Assembly: GCA_964421245.1 (NCBI GenBank) | Contig: CAYQVW010000001.1 | Coordinates: forward strand, 242,712-306,711 | Length of the DNA: 64,000 nucleotides | Origin: an uncultured bacterium | GTDB taxonomy: Bacteria; Margulisbacteria; WOR-1; XYC2-FULL-46-14 | Reading direction: 5' to 3' | Shown: one piece after another, positions 1 through 9,955 of the stretch | Layout: each line of letters starts with the position of its first letter | Numbering within the stretch: position 1 is the first letter of the stretch | The notes under the pieces: model-generated | Database searches by the model: none | What the model saw: the letters and a program-made list of their open reading frames with translations, nothing else | Told to the model about the DNA's origin: nothing | Made by a program: the position numbers and the translations under genes

Positions 1-1096
1 CAGTTTTGCCGAAAGATGATAGAGGATTTTAGACAAAGTTGGAAGTCCAAAACGTAAATTTTCATAAGAAGGGGGGGTGCTGGTTCCAGTAATAGAAAGA
101 ATTCCTCCTGCTTTTCTCATTAAAAAGCTGTTGTGAAAGAAGAGCCAGGGAGAGGAGAGGATGGTTGACAAAAGAATGAATTTTAGCCCCAATTTCCATT
201 TAGTTTTATCCTCAAAGAAAATATATATTAGTAATGCTATTATTGCCAAAGCCCACAAAGGTATTCCAGATTGTTTTACAAAATTACCAATTCCCAAAAA
301 TATGGCCGAAATGTATAGATTTGGATTATCTTTGTTTTGCATCCACCTGAATAAATAAATTATTCCAATCGAATAATAAAAGGTCTGCATAAAATCTGTA
401 TAGGCGGTTCCGGCATGATAAATTATCAGCGGAAATGAGGTTAGCAAAAACGTAAAGACAAGAGAATAGAAGCGGGAGATATTTTTTCTAAGATTTATGT
501 AAAAGAGTGAGATAAGAGAGACAAAACAAAGTGCAAATACGATTTTGCCCAAAGCATCATTCCACGAGCCTATTCCATAATAAATATAAGCTTGAGAGAG
601 TGGGTTAAGATAAGGGTGGGGACCGGCCAGCTCAATGCTTTGATCTGTTAGAACGTGCCCAGTAGTAAATATTATCTTTGCAATGCTTCCCTGTCTCCAT
701 AGATCATCATAATTTATAATCGGTTTTACTGTTGCGTCAAAGAAAACATAGAAAACAATCAGAAGAATCATTAAAATTAATGCTTTTTCTTTAAGAGTTA
801 GTGAAGTTAAAGGATTTTTAAGCGAACGGAGATTTAATAAACTAACTTTTCTTATGATCAGAAAGGAAATCAGCAACAGAAGAAGGACCAAAGCCGGTCC
901 AACAGCCATAATTAAGCTAAGTTTGAAGCCGAGTAGAGAGAGAACAAACATTTCCAGGCCAATTAATCCAATTCCAATTCCCCAGGAAAGAGATAATCTT
1001 TCAAAAAAAGGAAAAGATTTTTTGTTTTGGTCGATTATAGCTACAATGCCAATTCCCAAAATTAAGGGAAATAAAATTGTTAAAATAAATCTAATA
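1..1096 (-). CDS. Polytopic integral membrane protein at the end of the glycan cluster (possibly a glycosyltransferase/polymerase-type membrane protein); the C-terminus runs off the window start
   Basis: My own translation of the minus strand reads open from about 1096 to position 1 with no stop. It has multiple long hydrophobic segments (e.g. ILTILFPLILGIGIVAII, LGFKLSLIMAVGPALVLLLLLISFLII). AGGAGG sits at 1106-1111 on the minus strand just upstream. The start codon is uncertain (ATT/TTG/ATG candidates between 1096 and about 960). This ORF is not in the supplied track because it is incomplete. Confidence 0.55.
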
Positions 1097-1100
1097 ATAA

Positions 1101-2093
1101 CTACTTCCTCCTTTTTACTATGTATTGACCAGTTTTATATTTTTCATGAATTTTATACATATTCTTGTTGTAAGATTGATCTTTTGCTTGATTAAAAATC
1201 AAAAGATAGTCCGGATTCTTTTCTGGGCTAATTAAAACATTTGGAATCAGATAAATCCTTGCTTGAAGGCCTGGAGCAAATAAAGAAGATAATATGCCTA
1301 AAGTTGCTTTTTTCTGAGGGAGTTTAAGCTTTGCAAATCTCAAAAAATCATAATAATCTCTTCCGTACGCTTTGGCATGCTTATTTTCGATAGATTTTCC
1401 GAAATATTTTGTGTAATTGTTTTTAAAAATATTAAAATAGTTATAATTGGCATTTAGTGTTAATAGTATCCAGATTAGTATGATTATGGTAAAGGTTTTT
1501 TCTGCCGCTTTCGTAAGAGAAAAGGATCTGACCCAAAAGATAAGGAAAGAGAGACCTATTATTAAATACATATAGATATTAATTGATCTTCCCCAAATTG
1601 TACTGCTGGGAGTAACATTTATGGTGCTTCCAATTACAACTCTTCCCCTTGGTTTCCAGAATTCTTGCCAGCCGGACAAAATATTAGTAATAAAACTGCC
1701 GGTGGTAATTTCTATATCTTCAACTTTCCATGTTAGTCCGGGAGTTTCTGGATTTATCAGGATTTGTTTTGTCCAACCGAACCAATTTGGGTTTTGTGAT
1801 GGGATACTAATATAATAACTATGACTGCCCGACTTGAGAGAGAATTGAATGCTTTTCTGGATATTGAATTGCATATCGTAGACATTGACCCAATATATTC
1901 TAGCAATTCCTCTTTGTTCGGATTTAATCTTTAATATTATGGTGTTGTATTCAGCAGAGTCGATAGTTAGTTCAGGGCTTGCGAAATAGGGCTGGTTTTT
2001 TGCCTTTTGAAAAGGGATAGATATTACATCTGCCAACCCAATACTTGTAAATAATAGCAATAAAAAAAAGGATAGTAGTATGACTTTTTTCAT
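1101..2093 (-). CDS. Hypothetical secreted/membrane-associated protein (N-terminal signal peptide, internal hydrophobic segments)
   Basis: Track ORF of 330 aa. The N-terminus MKKVILLSFFLLLLFTSIGLA has a signal-peptide shape. It sits inside the glycan-biosynthesis cluster. I recognise no family. Confidence 0.5.
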   Translation of the reverse strand: MKKVILLSFFLLLLFTSIGLADVISIPFQKAKNQPYFASPELTIDSAEYNTIILKIKSEQRGIARIYWVNVYDMQFNIQKSIQFSLKSGSHSYYISIPSQNPNWFGWTKQILINPETPGLTWKVEDIEITTGSFITNILSGWQEFWKPRGRVVIGSTINVTPSSTIWGRSINIYMYLIIGLSFLIFWVRSFSLTKAAEKTFTIIILIWILLTLNANYNYFNIFKNNYTKYFGKSIENKHAKAYGRDYYDFLRFAKLKLPQKKATLGILSSLFAPGLQARIYLIPNVLISPEKNPDYLLIFNQAKDQSYNKNMYKIHEKYKTGQYIVKRRK

Positions 2094-2135
2094 TTAGACA
2101 ATTATACCATCTGACATGATATAATTGACTGACAT

Positions 2136-2819
2136 ATGAAGCTTTCGATTATAATTCCTTGTTTAAATGAAGAGGCAACAATAAAAAAAGCTCTAGATAA
2201 AGTTTTGTCTGTTGATCTAATAGAAATTCAAAAAGAAGTGATCGTTGTTGATGATGGGTCGACCGATAAATCTCCTGAAATAATAAAAGGCTACAATCAA
2301 ATATTTTCTATTTTTCATCCAAAAAGATCTGGTAAGGGAGCAGCAATAAAGAGCGCAATGCCGCATGTAACCGGTGATTTTGTGATAATTCAAGACGCGG
2401 ATTTAGAGTATGACCCAGCCGATTATGTAAATTTGATTAAGGCAGCAAAAGAGAATAATGCTTCGGTGATTTATGGGTCAAGAAGATTAAATAAAAAAAA
2501 CCAGTGGTCTCACTTGTCTTTTTTATTCGGTGGCATATTTCTTAGTAAATTTACTAATTTACTCTTTGGATCAAGAATTACCGATCAGCCAACTTGCTAC
2601 AAATTATTCAAAACTAGCTTGCTTAAATCATTAAATATTAAGGCAGATGGATTTGAGTTTTGTTCAGAGGCAACTGCGAAAACACTTAGGAGAGGAATAA
2701 AAATATATGAGGTGCCAATATCATACAACCCTCGCCATGTTTTGGAAGGGAAGAAGATAAGCTGGAAAGATGGTGTTATAGCTATTTGGACTACCTTAAA
2801 ATACCGGTTTATCGATTAA
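2136..2819 (+). CDS. Family 2 glycosyltransferase (dolichyl/polyprenyl-phosphate sugar transferase-like)
   Basis: IIIPCLNEE...VIVVDDGSTDKS...IIQDADLEYDP is the classic GT2 DxD/DAD architecture. Confidence 0.9.
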   Translation: MKLSIIIPCLNEEATIKKALDKVLSVDLIEIQKEVIVVDDGSTDKSPEIIKGYNQIFSIFHPKRSGKGAAIKSAMPHVTGDFVIIQDADLEYDPADYVNLIKAAKENNASVIYGSRRLNKKNQWSHLSFLFGGIFLSKFTNLLFGSRITDQPTCYKLFKTSLLKSLNIKADGFEFCSEATAKTLRRGIKIYEVPISYNPRHVLEGKKISWKDGVIAIWTTLKYRFID

Positions 2820-2823
2820 TCAA

Positions 2824-3420
2824 ATGAGAAAATACATAAGAATAATTATACTTACTCTTTTAGTTATACTTTTTATATGGATTGTACATTCCTATATTCT
2901 TGAATCTTTTGCAAAGTATTTGATAGTTCGAGATGATATTAATAAATCCGACGCAATTGTTGTTTTGTCTGGAGATAGTAATGGAGAGAGGATTAGGCAG
3001 GCAGCAGAGCTCTATAAGAGGGGTCAAGCCGACTACTTTTTAATTAGTGGTGGATTGCTTTATTGGAATGTAACTTATGCAGATATTATGCGTCGTCATG
3101 CCATTTCTCTTGGAATACCCAATAAGGTCATTTTAATTGAAGACAAATCTGATTCTACTTATGAAAACGCAAAGTTTTCTCTAGAAATATTGAAAGAAAA
3201 GGGAATTAAAAGCATTATTTTGGTAACTTCTCCTACCCATACGAGACGAGCTAGTCGACTTTTTAAAAAGATGTATAAAAAAGAGGGGATTAAGGTTTCT
3301 TCTTACCCGGTTCAAAATAGTCGATTTAAAACAGAAAACTGGTGGATGAGGCACGAAGATACTCAGAGAGTTGTCTTGGAATATGTTAAAATAATAGGGT
3401 ATTTTATTAAAGGATGGTAG
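2824..3420 (+). CDS. DUF218 (YdcF/SanA/ElyC-like) envelope-biogenesis protein
   Basis: N-terminal transmembrane segment, then VVLSGDSNGERIRQAAELYK...FLISGG...VTSPTHTRRA, which matches the DUF218 fold signature. Confidence 0.7.
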   Translation: MRKYIRIIILTLLVILFIWIVHSYILESFAKYLIVRDDINKSDAIVVLSGDSNGERIRQAAELYKRGQADYFLISGGLLYWNVTYADIMRRHAISLGIPNKVILIEDKSDSTYENAKFSLEILKEKGIKSIILVTSPTHTRRASRLFKKMYKKEGIKVSSYPVQNSRFKTENWWMRHEDTQRVVLEYVKIIGYFIKGW

Positions 3421-4460
3421 TAGAAAAAATGACAAATGACAAATTAAAAATTAAAAATGATGGAGGGATTGTATTAGTAACTGGTGGAGCAGGGTATATA
3501 GGGTCAGTTCTGGTAGAAGAATTAGTCAGGCAGGGAAAAAGTGTTAGAGTTTTTGATAAGTTGTATTTTGGGGATCAAGCCCTAAATGAGGTTAAAAGCA
3601 AAATTGAAATTATTCAGGGGGATGTTAGAGTCTTTCCAGAAGAAGTATTGAATGATGTTTCTTCTGTTATTCATCTTGGCTCCCTTTCTAACGATCCGAC
3701 TGCCGATTTTGACCCAAAAGCGAATAAAGAGATAAATTTTGAAGGAACTATGCGAGTTGGCGAAGCCTGCAAGAAAAAGGGGATTCAAAAGATGACCTTT
3801 GCTTCTTCTGCTGCTGTGATCGGTTTTCATGTTGATGATATTGCCAATGAAGAGTTTGAGCCAAATCCTCAGTCAGAATATGCACAATCAAAATTAGATG
3901 CGGAGAACGGTTTAATATCACTAGTTTCTGACAAATTTAGTCCGGTTATTATCAGACAGGCCACAGTTATTGGTTTTTCACCCAGGATGCGTTGGGATTT
4001 AGTCGTTAATACTATGACTAAAGATGCTTTTTCTAAAAACAAGATATCAGTTTTTTGTGCTGGAGATAATTGGCGTCCCTTGGTTCACGTAAAAGATGTG
4101 GTTGATGCCCATTTAGCTTGTTTGGAGGTTGATTTGAAAAAGGTTGCTGGGCAGATTTTTAATTTGGTGCATAAAAATTATCAAATTTTGGATTTGGGAA
4201 AAGAGGTTCATGCTATTTTGAAATCATATCTTCCTGTTTCTCTTGATATACAAAAGGGGGACAAGGAGTCACGAAGCTATCGAATTTCTTCAAATAAAAT
4301 AAAAAAACTAGTCGGTTTTGAGGCCAAGAGAACAGTTGAAGCGGCAACCATGGAGATTTATAATTTACTTAAGGCGGGTAAATATACCGACTTCTCAAAT
4401 CCGATTTATTATAATATTGCCTGGATGAAAAAATTAGTAGAAGCAGGGAAAAAGATATGA
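3414..4460 (+). CDS. NAD-dependent nucleotide-sugar epimerase/dehydratase (short-chain dehydrogenase/reductase (SDR) family)
   Basis: VLVTGGAGYIGS Rossmann motif and YAQSK catalytic YxxxK. An alternative start at ATG 3429 (MTNDKLKIKN) lies inside the 32-nt repeat shared with 29224. Confidence 0.88.
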   Translation: MVVEKMTNDKLKIKNDGGIVLVTGGAGYIGSVLVEELVRQGKSVRVFDKLYFGDQALNEVKSKIEIIQGDVRVFPEEVLNDVSSVIHLGSLSNDPTADFDPKANKEINFEGTMRVGEACKKKGIQKMTFASSAAVIGFHVDDIANEEFEPNPQSEYAQSKLDAENGLISLVSDKFSPVIIRQATVIGFSPRMRWDLVVNTMTKDAFSKNKISVFCAGDNWRPLVHVKDVVDAHLACLEVDLKKVAGQIFNLVHKNYQILDLGKEVHAILKSYLPVSLDIQKGDKESRSYRISSNKIKKLVGFEAKRTVEAATMEIYNLLKAGKYTDFSNPIYYNIAWMKKLVEAGKKI

Positions 4461-5308
4461 AAATAGCAATTATTGGCGCTGATGGGCAGCTTGGAACTGA
4501 TTTATGCAAAGTTGTTCCCCAAAAAGAGCAGGTTCTTTTAACCATCAAAGATTTAGACATTACTAAACCTTCCCAGATTAATCAGGTTTTTAAGAAATAT
4601 AGCCCTGACATAGTGATTAACACTGCTGCCTACCATAAGGTGGACGATTGTGAGGCTAATCCGAAGCTAGCAGAGGAAGTTAATGCCATTGCTGTAAAAA
4701 ATCTTGCCATGGCTTGCAAAAATGCTGGAATTACACTGGTTCATATTTCAACGGATTATGTTTTTGATGGAGAAAAAGGGTCTCCTTATACGGAAGAAGA
4801 TTCTCCCAATCCAAAAACGGTTTATGGTGCTTCAAAACTAGATGGTGAAAAATTTGCAAAAGAGATTCTTCCCGAACATTTTATTGTCCGGTCTTGTGGT
4901 TTATATGGTGCTGCGGGGTGTTTGGGCAAAGGCGGGACTAATTTTGTTGAAGGAATGATTAAAAGGGCCAAATCCGGTCAAAAGATCAGGGTTGTTACTG
5001 ATGAAATAGTAACCCCGACTTATACGCTTGATTTGGCAAAGAAAATATATGAATTGATCAAAACTAAAAATTATGGTCTCTATCATATCTCAAATAACGG
5101 TCAATGTTCGTGGTGGGAGTTTGCCGCAAAAATATTTGAATTACTAAATTATGATATTAAAGTTGAAAAAACCGTTGCTGCCGAGTTTAAAGCAGCTGCC
5201 CATCGACCAAAGTTTTCTGTTCTTAAAAACAAAATGGGGAACCTACGTAATTGGGACGAAGCCCTTCGGGACTATTTGATCGAAAAGGGACATCTTGTGT
5301 CATCGTGA
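4457..5308 (+). CDS. dTDP-4-dehydrorhamnose reductase-like (RmlD family) NAD(P)-dependent reductase
   Basis: MKIAIIGADGQLG...HISTDYVFDG...YTEEDSPNPKTVYGASKLDGE shows RmlD substrate-binding-domain features. Confidence 0.85.
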   Translation: MKIAIIGADGQLGTDLCKVVPQKEQVLLTIKDLDITKPSQINQVFKKYSPDIVINTAAYHKVDDCEANPKLAEEVNAIAVKNLAMACKNAGITLVHISTDYVFDGEKGSPYTEEDSPNPKTVYGASKLDGEKFAKEILPEHFIVRSCGLYGAAGCLGKGGTNFVEGMIKRAKSGQKIRVVTDEIVTPTYTLDLAKKIYELIKTKNYGLYHISNNGQCSWWEFAAKIFELLNYDIKVEKTVAAEFKAAAHRPKFSVLKNKMGNLRNWDEALRDYLIEKGHLVSS

Positions 5309-6393
5309 AGAAAGTTGCAATCGTTCACGATTATCTAAATCAATTTGGTGGGGCGGAACGCGTGGTTGCTGCTCTTCATGAAATTTTTCCTGATGCACCA
5401 ATTTTCACCTCCATCTATAATGCAAGAAAAATGCCACCGGCCTTTCAAAAAATGGATATTCGAACCTCTTTTATGAAAAAATTGCCTTTTATTTTGAAAA
5501 AATTCCGCCACTATTTTTGGCTCTATCCACGTGCCTTTGAAAGTTTTGGTCTTAGTGAATATGATTTAATTATTTCTTCAAGCAGTGCATATGCAAAAGG
5601 AATAATAAAACGAGAAGATGCGATTCATGTTTGTTATTGTCATAATCCCATGCGATTTGCTTGGCGCTATGACGATTATATTAAAAAAGAAAATATCCCC
5701 TGGATAGCTAAAAAGATATTACCTCTTTTTTTAAACTCATTGAAAAAGTGGGATTTGAAAAGAAATAAAGGTGTTGATTTTTTTATTGCTAATTCCTCAG
5801 TCGTTAAAAACAGGATAAGTCAATTTTATGGTCGTGATTCAAAAATCATTCATCCCCCAATTGATATTGATAAGTTCTCCTTAGGAACAAATCAGGAAAA
5901 TTATTTTTTAATTGTTTCCAGATTAAATTATTATAAAAGGCTTGATATTGCGGTTGATGCTTTCTCAAAGTTGGGATTACAATTAAGGATTGTTGGGGAG
6001 GGACCAGCAAAGCCTGACCTAATAAAAAAAGCAGCTACCAACATTGATTTTCTGGGTAATGTAGATGATAATAGGTTAAGAGATCTTTATGCAAAGTGTC
6101 GCGCGTTAATTTTTACTGAAGAAGCTGATTTTGGAATGGTTCCGCTTGAAGGTGCGGCATCTGGGAGGCCGACTATTGCATTTGGGAGGGCTGGGGCGCT
6201 TGAAACCATAAAAGATGATGTTAGTGGTCTATTTTTTGATGAACAAACCCCAGAATCTCTAATAGAAGCGATAAAGCGTTTTGAAAAGATGAAATTTGAT
6301 AAAAATATAATTAGACAACATGCCGAGAAATTTAGTAAAGATGCTTTCAAAAGAAAGATAAGGGAGTTTTTAAGTGAAATCAAAGCACTTTAA
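5304..6393 (+). CDS. Family 4 (GT-B fold) glycosyltransferase
   Basis: VAIVHDYLNQFGGAERVV near the N-terminus and EEADFGMVPLEGAASGRPTIA (the EX7E-type GT4 motif). A probable GTG start at 5304 overlaps the upstream TGA (GTGA). The track ORF starts earlier, at ATG 5251, inside the upstream gene. Confidence 0.82.
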
Positions 6394-8617
6394 CATAATT
6401 ATTGAAGTTTTATTTTTATCTTTGCTCTTTTTGGCGGCAATTATCTTTGATCGCCGAATTGGAATTGTTTTTTCTCTAACCAAAGCAACCACCATCCGCT
6501 TTTTTTCGATTTTAATCTTGAGTGTTTGGGCAATTAAAATTTTAATTTTCAAGGAACATAAATGGGTTCGCTCTATTCTTGATTGGCCGGTTGCAACATA
6601 TGTTTTGTCATGTCTTATTGCCACAATATCGTCAATTCATGTATATATTAGTTTTTTTGGTTTTTATGGACGTTTCGAGGGATTTATAACTCTTTTTAAT
6701 TTTGCGCTTTTGTTTTTTGTTGCCACAAATTATATAAATAATATTAAAGCTGTTAAGCGTCTTATGGTAACGGTTTGCTCCGCCTCGGTTGTCATGTCAA
6801 TTTATGCAATCATACAGAGGAAGGGAATTGATCCTTACGCCTGGGGAGGGGTTGTTACCTGGCATCGGGTTATTGCAACAATTGGTCAGCCAAATTTTTA
6901 TGCAGCGTACGCAGATATGGCCTTTTTCTTAACTTTTATTTTGTTTTTGTTTCCCAAATCCAATAAACCATTTGAGCTTAAATCACTACTGCCTTCTGTT
7001 TATTTTATCGTTCCGATATTAACATTTGTTATAATGATTTATAATTTGGGAACATCTGATGTAATTGTTTGGTATTTAGGATTTCTTCTTTGTTCTGCTT
7101 TCACGGTGTTATTTGCTTATAAACATGACGAGTTGCCCCAATTATTAATAGACGCAATTTTTGGAATTAGTTTGATTATAATGTACACTGGGCTTTTTTA
7201 TACCCAAAGCCGTGGTGGTTTTATCGGTTTTTTTGCAGCTTTTTCATTGTTTTTTATTATTGGTCCTAAAAGAATTATTTTTGATAATTGGAAGAAAATT
7301 GGGCTTCTTTTCCTAGCCCTTGCAATTGTTACCGGGGTTACAATTTCTGACCCGCAGTTTTCCCTCTTTTCAAGAATGACCGGAGAGATTGAGGTTGAAG
7401 ATGTTCAAAAAGGAGATTCCCCTAAAATAGAATTTCAAGGTGCGGCAGGATCTCGTGGAGAGACCTGGAAAAGTGGATTTAATGTAATTGTCGATTTCCC
7501 GTTTTTTGGAATTGGTCCAGAAGTATTAAAGATGCTTTTTCCTCGCTATGAAACAAAACTTTTTCGTTTTAAAGAGGCCTTCCATGTAAAGCAAGATCGT
7601 ATGCATAATGAGACGCTAGACGTGCCGGTAACTCGAGGCCTGGTTTCTTTCTTTGCTTACATATTAGTATTGTTTTTGGTATTCAAAAAAGGATTTAAAA
7701 CGGTAACGAAGTCAATTTCTCAGTCAAATAAACTAATTGTAGCTGGTTTTTTAGCTGCAATCACGGCATATCTGGTTCAAAATCAGTTTAGTTTTGGTGT
7801 GGTTGCTATAACTTCATTGTTTTGGGTAATGTGGGCGGTTGTAATTAAGTCAGATACTTGTCTTTTGGATGAGCCGGAGCAAGTAGAAGAAAAAACATTG
7901 ACGATAGACAATATACCTTGGCTTTTGGTTGCTTTAATTGTATTAATTACTTTTTCATTATTATATGTTTCATCAATACCGTTTAACGCGGATAAAGAAT
8001 TCAAAATGGGTAAAACCCTTGCTTCGGTAAAACGTTTTTCCGAAGCCGTGGGTTTTTATGATAAGTCTCTGGCTATTCAACCATTTGAGGGTGGGCCAAT
8101 AACCCATAAAGGGATTAGCTTGATTAATTTGGCGGCTCAGTCAAAACCCGAACAGAGGGCGAAAATCCACAAAGAAGCCCTTGATATTTTAAGATTTGGA
8201 AATTTGGTCGATCCATACAATGCCGATAATTTTTATATTTTATCAAGGATTCATTTTGTTAGCAATAGGATAGGCTTGGCACTTGACGCTGCTAATAAGG
8301 CATTGAAAATTGATCCTTATTATGCAGAAGTATACCTAGTCCTGGCCAATATTGCAAAAAAGCAAAAGCAATATAAAAAGGTCCAATTATATTACAAAGA
8401 GGCTAACCGAATTAACCCAAATATTCTTGAAGCAAAGGAGCAGGTTATCTGGCAATTGATTGATGCTGGTGAATTGGATCAGGCCTTTCAAATGGTACAA
8501 GAAATTATTATGACTAATCCAAAGCATCTAAGTGCCTACCGGGCTCTTGGGATAATATATAAAAAAATGGGAAAACATAAGGAAGCCCAAGAGGCTTTTG
8601 ATGTGCTTAAACAATGA
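6374..8617 (+). CDS. O-antigen ligase/polymerase-like (Wzy_C) polytopic membrane protein with a C-terminal TPR-repeat domain
   Basis: At least ten hydrophobic helices, the Wzy_C-type motif YTQSRGGFIGFF, then about 230 aa of TPR-like repeats (KALKIDPYYAEVYLVLANIAKKQKQYKKVQLYYKEANRINPN...). Confidence 0.72.
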   Translation: MKSKHFNIIIEVLFLSLLFLAAIIFDRRIGIVFSLTKATTIRFFSILILSVWAIKILIFKEHKWVRSILDWPVATYVLSCLIATISSIHVYISFFGFYGRFEGFITLFNFALLFFVATNYINNIKAVKRLMVTVCSASVVMSIYAIIQRKGIDPYAWGGVVTWHRVIATIGQPNFYAAYADMAFFLTFILFLFPKSNKPFELKSLLPSVYFIVPILTFVIMIYNLGTSDVIVWYLGFLLCSAFTVLFAYKHDELPQLLIDAIFGISLIIMYTGLFYTQSRGGFIGFFAAFSLFFIIGPKRIIFDNWKKIGLLFLALAIVTGVTISDPQFSLFSRMTGEIEVEDVQKGDSPKIEFQGAAGSRGETWKSGFNVIVDFPFFGIGPEVLKMLFPRYETKLFRFKEAFHVKQDRMHNETLDVPVTRGLVSFFAYILVLFLVFKKGFKTVTKSISQSNKLIVAGFLAAITAYLVQNQFSFGVVAITSLFWVMWAVVIKSDTCLLDEPEQVEEKTLTIDNIPWLLVALIVLITFSLLYVSSIPFNADKEFKMGKTLASVKRFSEAVGFYDKSLAIQPFEGGPITHKGISLINLAAQSKPEQRAKIHKEALDILRFGNLVDPYNADNFYILSRIHFVSNRIGLALDAANKALKIDPYYAEVYLVLANIAKKQKQYKKVQLYYKEANRINPNILEAKEQVIWQLIDAGELDQAFQMVQEIIMTNPKHLSAYRALGIIYKKMGKHKEAQEAFDVLKQ

Positions 8618-9954
8618 GAATATTTTTTGATGCTATTTTAATTAATTTGTCTTTTATATTGGCCTACTATTTGCGTTTTAATATTTTCTCTTTTGTTGGG
8701 GCTGAGGCAACTAGGCCTATTAATCAATATGGTGGGGTGTTACTCTTTGTAACAATTCTATGGTTGGCGGTTTTTAATTTAGTAGGTTTTTACAAAGAAA
8801 CCCATTCATATCCTCTGATTGATAAATTGGCAAAGATAATCTGGGGAATAACTCTTGCTTCGACTTTGCTTTTTGCACTTTTGTTTATTTATCGTAGTTT
8901 TTGGTTTTCACGTTTAGTAATATTGAATTCCTGGTGGATAGCGATTGTATTGATTGGTTTTTCGAGGACAATCACAACCATGTTTAGGAACTTATTGTAT
9001 AGAAAGGGAATTGGCCTAAAACGCGTATTAATTCTTGGGGAAGATGAGATTGCAAATGCTCTAAATAGTAAGTTTTTAAACGAGAAATCTCTTGGGTATT
9101 TTCCCGTTGGATTAATAAGTGCTGATCCATCTATTATAAAACAGGCGATTATTGAGAAAAGGGTTGATGAGTTAATCATTGCATCTACAAATCTATCTCA
9201 TCAAACAATTTTAGATATTATTACTGAGTGTGAAGTCTTAAATATTAAATTTAAAATTGTCCCTGGTATGCTTGAGCTAATTGCAAGTAGGGTTGATGTT
9301 GATGAAATAGGGGGAATTCCATTAATTACAATAGCGGAAATTGGCCTTTCTGGTATAAAGGCCTTTATTAAGCGCAGTTTTGATATTTTTGTCTCTTTTG
9401 TTTTGTTAATAATACTTTTACCATTATTTATAGTGGTTGCTCTTTTTATAAAGTTTGGTTCTCCTGGTGGGGTATTGTTTAGTCAGAAAAGGGTGGGTAA
9501 GAACGGCAGAATTTTTGACTGCTTAAAATTCAGATCAATGGTTGTGGGTGCTCCAAAGCTTAAAGAGCGGTTAATGGACCAATCAGAGGCAGAAGGGCAT
9601 ATTTTTAAAATTAAGAATGATCCTCGCATAACCCGTGTTGGAAATTTTATTAGAAGATATAGTATTGATGAACTTCCGCAGCTGTTTAATGTTTTATTGG
9701 GGAATATGAGCTTGGTTGGTCCTCGGCCTCCTCTTCCTCCCGAGGTCGAAAAATACTCAGCTTGGCATAAAAAGAGGCTTAGGATTACTCCTGGAATCAC
9801 AGGGCTTTGGCAGGTTTCTGGCAGGTCCCTATTACCTTTTGAAGATATGGTCAGATTAGATATTTACTATATTGAAAATTGGTCCCTTTGGTTAGATGTA
9901 AAAATACTTTTTAGAACTATTCCGGCAGTTTTATTTAGTACCGGGGCATACTAG
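8614..9954 (+). CDS. Polyprenyl-phosphate hexose-1-phosphate transferase (WbaP/bacterial sugar transferase family), the initiating enzyme for glycan assembly
   Basis: The C-terminal domain has KRVGKNGRIFDCLKFRSM...DELPQLFNVLLGNMSLVGPRPPLPPEVEKY, the diagnostic Bac_transf motifs. The N-terminus carries several transmembrane helices. Confidence 0.92.
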   Translation: MRIFFDAILINLSFILAYYLRFNIFSFVGAEATRPINQYGGVLLFVTILWLAVFNLVGFYKETHSYPLIDKLAKIIWGITLASTLLFALLFIYRSFWFSRLVILNSWWIAIVLIGFSRTITTMFRNLLYRKGIGLKRVLILGEDEIANALNSKFLNEKSLGYFPVGLISADPSIIKQAIIEKRVDELIIASTNLSHQTILDIITECEVLNIKFKIVPGMLELIASRVDVDEIGGIPLITIAEIGLSGIKAFIKRSFDIFVSFVLLIILLPLFIVVALFIKFGSPGGVLFSQKRVGKNGRIFDCLKFRSMVVGAPKLKERLMDQSEAEGHIFKIKNDPRITRVGNFIRRYSIDELPQLFNVLLGNMSLVGPRPPLPPEVEKYSAWHKKRLRITPGITGLWQVSGRSLLPFEDMVRLDIYYIENWSLWLDVKILFRTIPAVLFSTGAY

Positions 9955-9955
9955 T

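Noticed and set aside
161-1195. Plus-strand track ORFs 161..358 and 854..1195
   Set aside because: They lie antisense to a long uninterrupted minus-strand ORF encoding a multi-helix membrane protein. They have no RBS and no recognisable family, so I treat them as shadow ORFs.
3582-3830. Numerous antisense or internal track ORFs within confidently assigned genes (e.g. 3582..3830, 14129..14680, 14674..14947, 26736..27131, 40950..41258, 54167..54661, 55332..55784, 61341..61721, 62358..62777, 63236..63676)
   Set aside because: Each lies inside a gene whose product has clear family motifs on the opposite strand or another frame. AT-rich antisense strands commonly yield such ORFs.
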